NCBI GenBank assembly: GCA_965261395.1 | Contig: OZ253462.1 | Coordinates: forward strand, 2,080,001 to 2,144,000 | Direction of reading: 5' to 3' | Origin: Candidatus Latescibacterota bacterium | GTDB taxonomy: Bacteria; Latescibacterota; UBA2968; UBA8231 | DNA: 64,000 nucleotides | Shown: positions 47,890 to 56,997 of the stretch, one piece after another | How the letters are laid out: every line of letters starts with the position of its first letter | How positions within the stretch are numbered: position 1 is the first letter of the stretch | The notes under the pieces: generated by a model | The model's input: only the letters and a program-made list of their open reading frames with translations | What the model was told of the DNA's origin: nothing | Databases searched by the model: none | Made by a program: the position numbers and the translations under genes

Positions 47890-48392
47890 AACCCACGTCT
47901 TTATCTAGATCTGAGACGATTAGTACGTCTAGGGAGTCCCATTGGCCTAAACCACCTGTCCATACGGACTATCCACAGGGATCGATGCGTATAACCTCAG
48001 TTGTTGCAGAAATTACGAAAAATTGGTTTGATATTGTTATAATTAATCATGTTGATATTATTGTCGATAGGGCTAAGGCTCGCATATTGCGCTTAGAGGA
48101 AAATTGGGACGACGCAGGATGTTCAGCCTATAAAGAAGAAACAATAAAAGCCGCCGCTAAATTTCTCCATCAGTTAGAGGGTTCAAAAGCAATTAAGGTA
48201 CGCATAGCGCCCGCTAGTGAAGGAAGCATAGACCTGCACTGGAAGATGGATAAGTTCGAGCTTTTAATCAATTTTCACCCTGATAACTCGGTTTCTTACT
48301 ACGGGGACGACTACAACGGGAACTTAATCCGGGGGAACTCTTGCCCCAAACCAGAGTTTATTTCGTGTTGGATGAAGCATACTAGTGAATAA
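47829..48392 (+). CDS. Hypothetical protein (ENWD / GSIDLHW motifs), putative antitoxin; start uncertain
   Basis: LEENWDDAGCSAY...IAPASEGSIDLHW. Alternative in-frame starts are ATA 47886 (overlapping the upstream stop, after GAGGAG) and ATG 47985. Confidence 0.65.
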   Translation: MAQATRIDPGYFGQDFEEFIEPTSLSRSETISTSRESHWPKPPVHTDYPQGSMRITSVVAEITKNWFDIVIINHVDIIVDRAKARILRLEENWDDAGCSAYKEETIKAAAKFLHQLEGSKAIKVRIAPASEGSIDLHWKMDKFELLINFHPDNSVSYYGDDYNGNLIRGNSCPKPEFISCWMKHTSE

Positions 48393-48771
48393 GTGGCCCG
48401 TAGAAGAAATCCCGGATGGCGACATGCTATACTATCGCATCCACAAGAGAGTCCTAGCAGAGGCGTCGTCTAACTATTCTGTTAGTGTAACAAAGGACTA
48501 TCTGCCTCCTGCAGTATTCATTTATCAAGGAGGCGATCTATCCGTCGGTTGGGAGAAGCACACAACAGCCAATAAATTATTAAAGCGTGCTAGATCCCCT
48601 AGCGAAACTGGTGTAGTTGAATTTGCGGCTGGACCTGTGCGCGAAGATGGACATACGGTTGTGCATTCTCCTTCCCAATGCAATCGTGCCCATAGCTCTA
48701 TTCGTGGGAATCAGCCCGATGTGCGAGTAACATTAAGTCGCATTGCTAGGTGGAAGATAAATATAAAGTAG
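48385..48771 (+). CDS. Small putative ADP-ribosyltransferase/RES-like fold toxin
   Basis: LYYRIH, DLSVGW, NRAHSSI: R-S-H on predicted strands; overlaps the upstream gene by 8 nt. Confidence 0.55.
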   Translation: MNKWPVEEIPDGDMLYYRIHKRVLAEASSNYSVSVTKDYLPPAVFIYQGGDLSVGWEKHTTANKLLKRARSPSETGVVEFAAGPVREDGHTVVHSPSQCNRAHSSIRGNQPDVRVTLSRIARWKINIK

Positions 48772-48917
48772 AGTTTTCTTCCCCTCCATCTCCGCCCCGA
48801 GCCTATAGCCCTTAGTCGCTCGGGGATTCTTGTATCCACCGATAGCGTAGGTCTTTGTGAATTAGATATTTGCGCTATTGTTAACCAAAAATTCCCCAAA
48901 GGGAAAGGAGCGTTCAG

Positions 48918-49151
48918 ATGACCGAGGAACTATCTATGTATGATTTTGCTGATTTTTTATCTAAGCAATCTCCCGATAAAAAAGAAGAAAATCTAGTTGA
49001 TTTAATGATCTTAGTAGCTGAACTCCTAAAGAAAGAGAACATTAAAATTATGATACATCCCAAAAGCGATGGCAGCTATGAGCCTCGACTTGAGCATATG
49101 GAGACGCCCTACCCCCCCCCTGTTTCGCTGCGCTTTTTCGGGTATAACTAA
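48918..49151 (+). CDS. Small hypothetical protein
   Basis: AAAGGAG RBS, 77-aa ORF, hairpin plus T-run at about 49188-49216. Confidence 0.55.
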   Translation: MTEELSMYDFADFLSKQSPDKKEENLVDLMILVAELLKKENIKIMIHPKSDGSYEPRLEHMETPYPPPVSLRFFGYN

Positions 49152-49439
49152 GTAAGTAGTAAAGTATATACTTTGCGTTTTTCTCCCTGCGCTACTGTCC
49201 AGTGGCGCATTTTTTGTTCACCTAACACAAGGAGGTGCCTATGCTCAAAAGCTGGGTCATCTTGGAAGTTGTCGGCACGGCGTTGTTGATACTCTATAGA
49301 GGTTGGTCACTCAGGTATATAATTCCCTTTCAAAACTAGGGTTTCGGTATCTCACGCGGCTCAAAGCGTCTGATACCGGGGGCATCTGGCCCTATGAAAA
49401 ACGCTTGACGTCAAGGTACTTTACCCCCCCGCAAAGCGG

Positions 49440-49840
49440 CCCGATGGGGATTTTAAAAAGGCTTCTAAACTTGAACGCAGAAGTGATGTTGGCAAGTTGG
49501 CACTGAATATCCTAGATCGAGTGAATGCCAGTTTGCAATATCCAAAACGGTTTACTCAGGAAACCTTGAGTCGTCTGGAGAGCTTTAGTTGACCGAGGAA
49601 TGTTCGTGAACTATAATTTGTGGTTGAGCGTTCAGCGTGGCTCGCAAGAAGCTTATCGATGCTGATGACATCGTATTTGATGCGCCAACTTCTGGAACAT
49701 ACCCTTTTGCGTCACTTCCGGAACCACATGACGGGTTATATTATGAACGATTATCTTAAGAGCGTGCGCAAGCAATTGATGCTTCGCGCCCTAGCAATTG
49801 CCAATGGGAATCAGAGCCAGGCGGCAAAATTGTTATACAG
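49440..49840 (+). pseudogene. Sigma54-dependent transcriptional activator remnant
   Basis: LSRLESFS*PRNVREL*FVVERS (degenerate WPGNVREL) and Fis-type HTH ALAIANGNQSQAAKLL. Confidence 0.75.
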
Positions 49841-49849
49841 GAGGGTGAA

Positions 49850-50962
49850 ATGGTATTGAAGATTCTGCATACTGCGGATCTGCATTTGGGACTGAAATTT
49901 GCAGGCTATCCCGATGTTCAAAACGAACTCACTGAGGCGAGGTTTGAGGTGCTGGAAGGCTTGGTCGACCGAGCCAACTCAGAACTGTGTGACCTTTTCA
50001 TTTTGGCTGGTGACGTTTTTGATCGGGTAACAGTTGCCAAACAAGATGTTAGAAGGTGTGTTAATATCTTGAATGAATGCAATGGCCTGGTGATCTTGCT
50101 GCCAGGCAACCACGACTATACGTCCAGTCAAAGTGCCTTATGGGACTACGTTGTTGAACATGGTGGTGATCGGCTGCGTGTATTGAAGAAAAATGAGCCC
50201 GTTCGCTTGCATCACTATGATTTGGATGTTGTGCTCTATCCCGGTCCTTGCACTGCCAAGCATTCTTCTGAGAATGCTATCGATTGGGTCAAAACGATCC
50301 ATAAGGATCAGAGCACCAAATACCATATCGGAATTGCTCACGGGAATATTGAGGGACTTGGTCTTGATGAACGGCGGAATTACTACCCGATGACCCGTGC
50401 AGAACTCCTTGAATGCGAAGTCGATCTGTGGCTGCTTGGTCACGTCCACGTTCCATTCCCTGCTAAATCCGGTTCCAGCGAACGGATATATTATTCTGGT
50501 ACGCCTGAACCGGATGGGTTCGATTGCCGCCATTGTGGATGCGCCTGGATTATTGAGCTTGATAACAATAAGGCAATCAATGCACGGCAGATTTTCCCAG
50601 GAAAGTTTCGGTTTACACACGATGAGTTTGACGTGAGAACGTCGGCGGAGATAGAGCGATTGATGAAATATTACACAGAGACGGACCGGACAAATCTGCT
50701 GGTAAAATTGAAGCTGACCGGACGATTGCCCAGAGAAACTTATGCAGAATTGGATTCTGTGAAATCTGTTATAAGGGAGCATGTCTTTTATCTTCAGTGG
50801 GATGGCAGCGATGTGGCTATAGAGATTACTCCCGATGTCATTGACCGGGAGTTTACTCAGGACTCTTTTCCCCACAGGTTTTTAACGGAGCTTGCTCGCA
50901 GCGACGAGGACGTAGAGGCACTACAGATCGGTTATGAGATGATTCAGGAGGTGAAAGAATGA
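49850..50962 (+). CDS. SbcD/Mre11-like (YhaO-type) metallophosphoesterase nuclease
   Basis: HTADLHLG, AGDVFD, PGNHD, AHG, LGHVH, YSGTPE. Confidence 0.9.
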   Translation: MVLKILHTADLHLGLKFAGYPDVQNELTEARFEVLEGLVDRANSELCDLFILAGDVFDRVTVAKQDVRRCVNILNECNGLVILLPGNHDYTSSQSALWDYVVEHGGDRLRVLKKNEPVRLHHYDLDVVLYPGPCTAKHSSENAIDWVKTIHKDQSTKYHIGIAHGNIEGLGLDERRNYYPMTRAELLECEVDLWLLGHVHVPFPAKSGSSERIYYSGTPEPDGFDCRHCGCAWIIELDNNKAINARQIFPGKFRFTHDEFDVRTSAEIERLMKYYTETDRTNLLVKLKLTGRLPRETYAELDSVKSVIREHVFYLQWDGSDVAIEITPDVIDREFTQDSFPHRFLTELARSDEDVEALQIGYEMIQEVKE

Positions 50963-53373
50963 TACTCAAAAGCATAGCTCTCACTCCTTTTGGCGGGCTG
51001 ACGGATGCACTGCTCGATTTTAAGCCTGGACTCAATGTCATTCATGGACCGAATGAAGCAGGAAAATCAACGATTTTTAATGCGCTTCAACGGGTACTTT
51101 TTACACCAGCGCGTCTAACCCCTTTCGCGTTTAAAAGGGAGATGGAATCCTTCTTGCCGTTAGAAGGCGGGGATACCATCGCCGTGTCTCTATGTCTGAA
51201 TCTAAACGGAGATACGTATGCTCTCAAGAGAACCTGGGGCGCTACAAAGTCTGCGGAATTTACGTTGCCAGGAGGTTCCCTTATTACAGACGAAGATGCG
51301 ATCCAAAAACGTCTGATATCGCTGCTGCCAGCTAAAGAAGGGACGTTCAAAACAGTGCTGATGACGTACCAATCTGGACTGCCCAAAACGATTGAGGAAT
51401 TGGGGGCAGAACCTATTCAGACCCTTAGTACAATCCTCCGAAGGGCTGTTTTCGAGACGGATGGTGTCTCAGTAGATCAGTTCAAGCAGAATATCGAATC
51501 CGAATACACTACATACTACAGTCGGTGGGATCGTGAACGCGGATGCCCTGAAAGTGATCAGCGTTATGAAAGAGGTGTCGGCAAGATCCTCCAGGCCTAT
51601 TACGATCTGGAAGATAAACAGATGGCTTTGAAGGAAGCCGGGGACTACGAGGCTGAACTAGACGAAATCAACGGTGAGATCAATACTTGTATTGACACGA
51701 TTGAAACCATCGAAGCCTATATCGAAGAAAATGAGAGGGTCGTAGAGGATGCACGCCAGCGCCAGTCATTGAATGACAGACTGGATGCCATTGACGTCCG
51801 TATGGAAAGACTCCAAAAAGACAACAGAGATTGGCCTGTCGCTGAAAGCGAAATGGACCGGATTGAGGCATTGTTGCCTGGGCTCAAGAAAAAAGAGAAC
51901 GCGCTGGCTTTGGAACAAGAAATGGCCATAAAAAAGGAAGTGAGAAATCAATTACGAAGACAATTCGAGCAGGTTGAGAAGAGGCGGCAAGAACTTGAGG
52001 ATGCGGAGCAGATGGCTCAACAAACTCCGAAACTCACAGACAATGATCTGGAAGAGTTGCGAAAAACAGGCGCGAAACTCAACGAGCTTAAGGCAAGCGT
52101 AACTGCGAGCAAACTCTCTGTCCGTTTGCTGGCGAAAAATGCCCTTTCCTTTTTTGTTCAAGAAGGCCTTTCTGAACCACAGTCCCAAGAAATAGCATCT
52201 GGGGGTCATATCTCTTACGATGAAGGAAGCAGAGTAAAGATTAACCATCAGGACTGGGAGATAGACATTTCATCTGGTGAGAGCAATTTTGATGTACTTG
52301 TGCAGGAGTTTGAGGAAACCAATCTGCATCTCACCGCTCTGCTTGAACAACACGATGTTGAGAATCTAAACGAAGCGATTGGCGTCAACAAGGACTATAC
52401 GGCGGGTCTTCAAAGCGTCAATTCTGCAAAGAACAATCTGATAGCGGCGTTGGCTGGAGAGACCTATGAAGAACTCAAAGCGAAAGTTGTAGAGATTGGT
52501 ACAACGGAAGATTCCCGTGATTTAGATAGCATTCTGGAAGATCTGCATAATGTGAGGGATGAGATAAGTGGACATAAACGCTCCTTAGAACAGAACCAGG
52601 AACGAATCCAGGAACTGATTGATACCTACGGCAGTTCGAACCAATTGCTATTGAAACTTGCCGAAGAGGTAAAGAACGAGAAGGAAACACAGGAAAAGAT
52701 CGAAAATCTTGTCCCGCTACCCGATGGTGTTGAAGATATTGATTCTTTCATCGAAATGTACGAAGAGAAGCAGGCCGAGTTGATGGAAACGAATGATAGT
52801 AAGAGGGACCTGTTAATTCAGCGTGCGAATGTAGAGAAAAACCAACCAGAATTATCTGCCGAAGAATTGAACAACCTGCTTGTAGAATTGACCGAAAATT
52901 TCAAGAGAATAAATAAACGAGGCGAAGCCGTCGCACGGATAAAAGACCTGACAGATCGGCTGATGGAGGAGATGGATTCAAATACCTATAAAGGACTGAC
53001 AGGCGATCTGGAGCGATATGTGGTGTCGATGACAGAGAACCGGTATGACCGAATCGATATGGAGGAGAGTCTTCCTCGGGGATTTGTTCGACAAGATGGT
53101 GTGACATTACCATACGATCTGTTATCCGCCGGGACGAGGGATGTTCTGGCCCTATCGCTTCGCCTTGCTATGGCCAACCACTTTTTGATGGATGCAAATG
53201 GTATGCTTATGCTCGACGACCCGCTTGTGGATCTGGATCCTCGGCGACAGGAAAAGGCGGCTGAGGCCTTTAGAGATTTCGCAGAACAGAAGCAGGTGAT
53301 TATCTTTACATGCCACCCTCACCATGCGGAACTTCTGGGTGGTAACCGGATCGAGCTTAAAGAGAATAGTTGA
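50959..53373 (+). CDS. SbcC/Rad50-like (YhaN-type) coiled-coil ABC ATPase
   Basis: Walker A GPNEAGKST, long coiled coil, LSAGT signature, MLDDPL, FTCH; ATGA overlap with the nuclease gene. Confidence 0.9.
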   Translation: MILKSIALTPFGGLTDALLDFKPGLNVIHGPNEAGKSTIFNALQRVLFTPARLTPFAFKREMESFLPLEGGDTIAVSLCLNLNGDTYALKRTWGATKSAEFTLPGGSLITDEDAIQKRLISLLPAKEGTFKTVLMTYQSGLPKTIEELGAEPIQTLSTILRRAVFETDGVSVDQFKQNIESEYTTYYSRWDRERGCPESDQRYERGVGKILQAYYDLEDKQMALKEAGDYEAELDEINGEINTCIDTIETIEAYIEENERVVEDARQRQSLNDRLDAIDVRMERLQKDNRDWPVAESEMDRIEALLPGLKKKENALALEQEMAIKKEVRNQLRRQFEQVEKRRQELEDAEQMAQQTPKLTDNDLEELRKTGAKLNELKASVTASKLSVRLLAKNALSFFVQEGLSEPQSQEIASGGHISYDEGSRVKINHQDWEIDISSGESNFDVLVQEFEETNLHLTALLEQHDVENLNEAIGVNKDYTAGLQSVNSAKNNLIAALAGETYEELKAKVVEIGTTEDSRDLDSILEDLHNVRDEISGHKRSLEQNQERIQELIDTYGSSNQLLLKLAEEVKNEKETQEKIENLVPLPDGVEDIDSFIEMYEEKQAELMETNDSKRDLLIQRANVEKNQPELSAEELNNLLVELTENFKRINKRGEAVARIKDLTDRLMEEMDSNTYKGLTGDLERYVVSMTENRYDRIDMEESLPRGFVRQDGVTLPYDLLSAGTRDVLALSLRLAMANHFLMDANGMLMLDDPLVDLDPRRQEKAAEAFRDFAEQKQVIIFTCHPHHAELLGGNRIELKENS

Positions 53374-53556
53374 CGTTTCTATCACAAGAGAGCCCGAGAT
53401 GGACAGAGGACACGACAAAACCGTGCTTGTGTCCTTCAAAGTTATCGAAGGAGGAGATCGAAATGAGTTTTGGGTCCTCTGTTTACGGACGAGGCCGGCG
53501 ACGGTGAATGGATGGCGAATGGACGTTTAACGGCAGGGCAAAGCGCCCGTTGCCAC

Positions 53557-54600
53557 TCAATATGAGAACGACATCCGCAGCGGCGCCGTCCTTTCCGCCT
53601 TGTCGTACCACCCCTGAGGTGCATAGTCGCTCATATGGAGGTAGCACCTGATATTGACCTCCGCCGCCCCTTCCGAAAACGTCAACAACCGGCTCATCGA
53701 AATATTCCTGCTGCCGTGATATCTCGAAATTGCCGCCACATTGACGAAGGTCACCCCCCACTTCCGCTCCACATGAGACCGCCCGCCGTGTGCATCATCC
53801 GGATTCGTATGGGTATGTCCCCCCAGCCAGAGATCGACCGCGCCCGGATTCGCCTCCAAATAAGACTCGAATGCCCCCGCATCCGGTTCTCCCCCCACGA
53901 AATAGAGATACGATGCCCCGATGGGTGCCCCGTCTTCAAAGCGGCCATGGTAGCCTCCGTCAACCCCCTCCCAGGGGCCAGACGCCACGGTCGTGTCCCT
54001 CAACATATGGTGGTGGGCCGTTACAATGATCCTGTCCTGGTTTTCTTCGACCTTTTCTTTCCACCACTCGAACGTCTCCCGCGTCACCGCGCCTGAGGGA
54101 TATCCGCCTCTCTCGCCCCGCCCAACCGGAGGCCCGCCGTCGTTGCGGTCACCCATCGCCAGAAACAGGATATTCCCCACCTGAAACGAATACCGCTCCC
54201 AGGTCCCCTCGACCGGATAGGGGCGCCGGTCGGCGTGAACGCCGGAATACTCGGAATTCTCCCCGGTGGGATCCACCCACTTCCGGAACCACCACTGGCA
54301 CGGCTCGTCAGGGCCGCTGGCGTCGTGGTTGCCCACAATATTATAGAAATCTTCCCGGGGATGTATGGTCGACGCGCTGTACTGCCGCACCACCTCTTCC
54401 CCTTCCTCGTCATCCGGCGGTGTCTGCGACCCGGACAGGTCCCCGATGTCCAGCATAATATCCCACTCGAACGGTGGACCGCCATCGGCGCCGCCCCATT
54501 CGGCCTGCAGGATCGCATCCGCAAGACTACGGCGATTGGCACGCGCCAGATCCGTGCCCACGTGCGCATCCCCGCCCGCCCACAGCTTGAACGTTCTCAT
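53557..54600 (-). CDS. Calcineurin-like metallophosphoesterase
   Basis: DAHVG, GD, GNHD, HH, GHTH. Confidence 0.85.
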   Translation of the reverse strand: MRTFKLWAGGDAHVGTDLARANRRSLADAILQAEWGGADGGPPFEWDIMLDIGDLSGSQTPPDDEEGEEVVRQYSASTIHPREDFYNIVGNHDASGPDEPCQWWFRKWVDPTGENSEYSGVHADRRPYPVEGTWERYSFQVGNILFLAMGDRNDGGPPVGRGERGGYPSGAVTRETFEWWKEKVEENQDRIIVTAHHHMLRDTTVASGPWEGVDGGYHGRFEDGAPIGASYLYFVGGEPDAGAFESYLEANPGAVDLWLGGHTHTNPDDAHGGRSHVERKWGVTFVNVAAISRYHGSRNISMSRLLTFSEGAAEVNIRCYLHMSDYAPQGWYDKAERTAPLRMSFSY

Positions 54601-54621
54601 TTTTACGACGCACCTCACTTA

Positions 54622-54666
54622 CATCAAGAGCTAGGTTCGGCTCCAATAAGCGCTGTCGATATAGGG
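54622..54666. repeat. Diverged copy of the 3' end of the ABC substrate-binding gene (55278-55322)
   Basis: 39/45 identical; PYIDSAYWSRT*LLM vs PYINSAYWSRTWLLV. Confidence 0.75.
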
Positions 54667-54915
54667 TTAGAAAATGCCCCCGCCTAGCGCGAGGCGTATG
54701 ATGCCAAAAAACAGGGCCACAATGCAGCATACCAAGCCAGCGATACCGCTGCTTTTGGAGCTGTTGCCCGCCGTAGCCAGCGCGATGCCGCTGACGATGA
54801 TGCCGACGCCTGCAAAAGGTATATTGAGCCAGTTTAGCGAGCCGAGACACGGGAAAAACCCCACGACCATTCCAACAATAGCCAGAATTCCCCAAAGCAA
54901 ACTAAGCACCTGCAT
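54667..54915 (-). CDS. Small membrane protein (DUF4190-like)
   Basis: AAAGGAG RBS; 82-aa hydrophobic ORF. Confidence 0.7.
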   Translation of the reverse strand: MQVLSLLWGILAIVGMVVGFFPCLGSLNWLNIPFAGVGIIVSGIALATAGNSSKSSGIAGLVCCIVALFFGIIRLALGGGIF

Positions 54916-55237
54916 GATGGTATCTCCTTTTGTGCATTCGACGCAGCAAGAACAAGGCGACCACTAGCTGATTGGCGAGCAAAACTCCATAAAAGGCGAC
55001 CGCCCCTCGATTGTAGATAAGGGCCGCGGCGAAGTCGCCACGTGCAAGAGCTGCGAATGCGCGCGTCATGCCGCACAAAGCGCACGTTTCCCCGCTGCGC
55101 TGCGGCACCTTAAAAGCCTCGCTTAGAGAAAAAAGCGTTTGCTCCGACACAAGATAGGGCGTGATCAATATGAAAAGCAGCATAGCTGAAGCCACCAACC
55201 ACGCTGCCGTAAGGGTCCTCCTATCATGGCGATCCAT
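54902..55237 (-). CDS. DUF2752 membrane protein
   Basis: CALCGMTRAF...GDFAAALIYN. Confidence 0.8.
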   Translation of the reverse strand: MDRHDRRTLTAAWLVASAMLLFILITPYLVSEQTLFSLSEAFKVPQRSGETCALCGMTRAFAALARGDFAAALIYNRGAVAFYGVLLANQLVVALFLLRRMHKRRYHHAGA

Positions 55238-55250
55238 TGCGCCGGTTCCT

Positions 55251-56984
55251 TCACACCTGCGGTCGCAAGTTCAGCAGCACCAAGAGCCAAGTGCGGCTCC
55301 AGTAAGCGCTGTTGATATAGGGGTTTTCTGCGCTGGGCCAGTTGGTCCAATAGGTCTCGTTGTGCGGGATGCGGTGCGGCCATTGGACGATGGGAATGGA
55401 GGGCAGCTCGGCCAGCCAGAGGTCCATGGCCTCTCGATAGAGTTCGTCCATCTCTGGAGCGTCGGTCGGGGTCTGGCCCATCTGGTCGATCAGCGCGTCG
55501 TAGGCCGGGTTTTGCCAGCGCCAAGGCATGTCGGCCGGCTCGCCGGTGGGCTGGACAAAGCGGCTGTGGTACTGGCGCAGCACAAAATAGGGGTCGCGCA
55601 TGGAGCTGAAGTTGCCGATCAGGTACGCGCGGGCCGTGCCTTGGCGCAGGCGCGTGGAGAAGTCTGAGGTCATGCGGAAAGAGGCGTTGATGCCGGCCTT
55701 TTTGAGCTGGGCGATGAGCACTGGCGTCAGGTCCTGAAAGTGGGAGAAGATGTCGATGACCATGCTTAGGGGCTGCCCGTCCTTTTCCCAGAAGACCCCG
55801 TTGCGTACATAGCCTTTGCGGGCGAGTATCTCCGCGCTCTTTTCCAAGTCGAAGACGCCGACTTGGTGCTTGGCGACCAAGTCCTCGGCGAGGGTAAAAT
55901 ACCGCTGCATCTGGGGGAGGTCGGGCAAGGGCAGCAGCGTCCACGAACCTGAGTTTTGCCAACCTATGGCCACGAGCTGTTCGCGGTCGATGGCATAGTT
56001 GACCGCGCGGCGCATCTCCGGGTCGGACCAAGGGGTCTCCAGCCCATTGAACCCCAGCGAGATGGGCCACCAAGTGATGTAGCTGTACGGCGGCTCGCGG
56101 CCGGTCCAAGTAGTGATGTTGCGATTGCGCTCCAATAGGGAGATCATGTTGGCCGGACGCAGCTCTAAGCAGGTGTCGATGTTGTTGGCGATCAGATTTT
56201 GGACGCGCTTGTGCTCCTCCATATAAGTCAGGTAGATCAGCCGCTCGACCTGGGGCAGTTCCTGAAAACCAAGTTTCTCAGCCCACCAGCCCTCGCGCAG
56301 ATCCCAGATCCGTTGGGCCGGCTCCGAGCGCGCAATGCGATAGGGACCGGTCAGAACCGGCCGGCCTTTTTGCAGGTCGAAGTTGGCAAAAGTCAGCGGG
56401 TCTTTGTCCTCCCAGATGTGCTTGGGTACGATGGGGCATCCTTGGTCGCCGCTGTGGACGAAATAGCTGAAGAGAAAGCGCGGATTGGGTGCCTTGAGTG
56501 TAACGCGCGCCGTCAGACTGTCGAGGGCGACCGCCTCTTCGACCCAAGTCGCCATATCCGTCGAGTACACGAGCTGTGGGGCGTGCTCCACGAGCATGTT
56601 GATGGTAAAGGCAAAGTCGTGCGCCGACCAAGGATGCCCGTCGCTCCACTCGACGCCCGGACGAATTTTGACCACGAGTTCGGTGTAATCCTCATTGAAA
56701 TGGTGACTCTCGGCGATCCAGGGTATTAGCTCAGAATCTTCCTCATAGGCGTTGAAGAAATAGAGCGGCTCGTAGAGAAAATTGAAGCCTATCCGCGAGA
56801 TGCTGCCCGGGATGAAGGGGTTGAAGGAGTTGTAATCTTGGATCTGGCCGGAGCAGGAGTTGGCCTCGGCGCAGTCCATGATCAAGGTCCGATTGCGCGG
56901 CACCTTTTTGAGAACATATCCGCCCTCGTCGCCGCTACAGGCGATGAAAGATAAGCCAGCTAGAAGCAGAATATAAATAGGCAT
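55251..56984 (-). CDS. ABC transporter substrate-binding lipoprotein (family 5)
   Basis: Lipobox FIAC, IRPGVEWSDG, TGPY, MRRAVNYAIDRE. Confidence 0.9.
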   Translation of the reverse strand: MPIYILLLAGLSFIACSGDEGGYVLKKVPRNRTLIMDCAEANSCSGQIQDYNSFNPFIPGSISRIGFNFLYEPLYFFNAYEEDSELIPWIAESHHFNEDYTELVVKIRPGVEWSDGHPWSAHDFAFTINMLVEHAPQLVYSTDMATWVEEAVALDSLTARVTLKAPNPRFLFSYFVHSGDQGCPIVPKHIWEDKDPLTFANFDLQKGRPVLTGPYRIARSEPAQRIWDLREGWWAEKLGFQELPQVERLIYLTYMEEHKRVQNLIANNIDTCLELRPANMISLLERNRNITTWTGREPPYSYITWWPISLGFNGLETPWSDPEMRRAVNYAIDREQLVAIGWQNSGSWTLLPLPDLPQMQRYFTLAEDLVAKHQVGVFDLEKSAEILARKGYVRNGVFWEKDGQPLSMVIDIFSHFQDLTPVLIAQLKKAGINASFRMTSDFSTRLRQGTARAYLIGNFSSMRDPYFVLRQYHSRFVQPTGEPADMPWRWQNPAYDALIDQMGQTPTDAPEMDELYREAMDLWLAELPSIPIVQWPHRIPHNETYWTNWPSAENPYINSAYWSRTWLLVLLNLRPQV

Positions 56985-56997
56985 CGACTACTCTCTT

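Larger units (their letters stand above)
47012..49327. mobile_element. Transposase-less IS1595-type cassette (2316 bp) with passenger genes
   Basis: 25-bp terminal IRs GGGAATTATATACGTGAGTGATCAA (47012-47036) and the reverse complement of 49303-49327, with 2 mismatches; flanking 8-bp repeats TTTTAAAA / TTTCAAAA. Confidence 0.85.

Noticed and set aside
45995-53373. Prophage
   Set aside because: No structural, terminase or integrase genes; the AT-rich region is explained by IS-derived cassettes and cargo.
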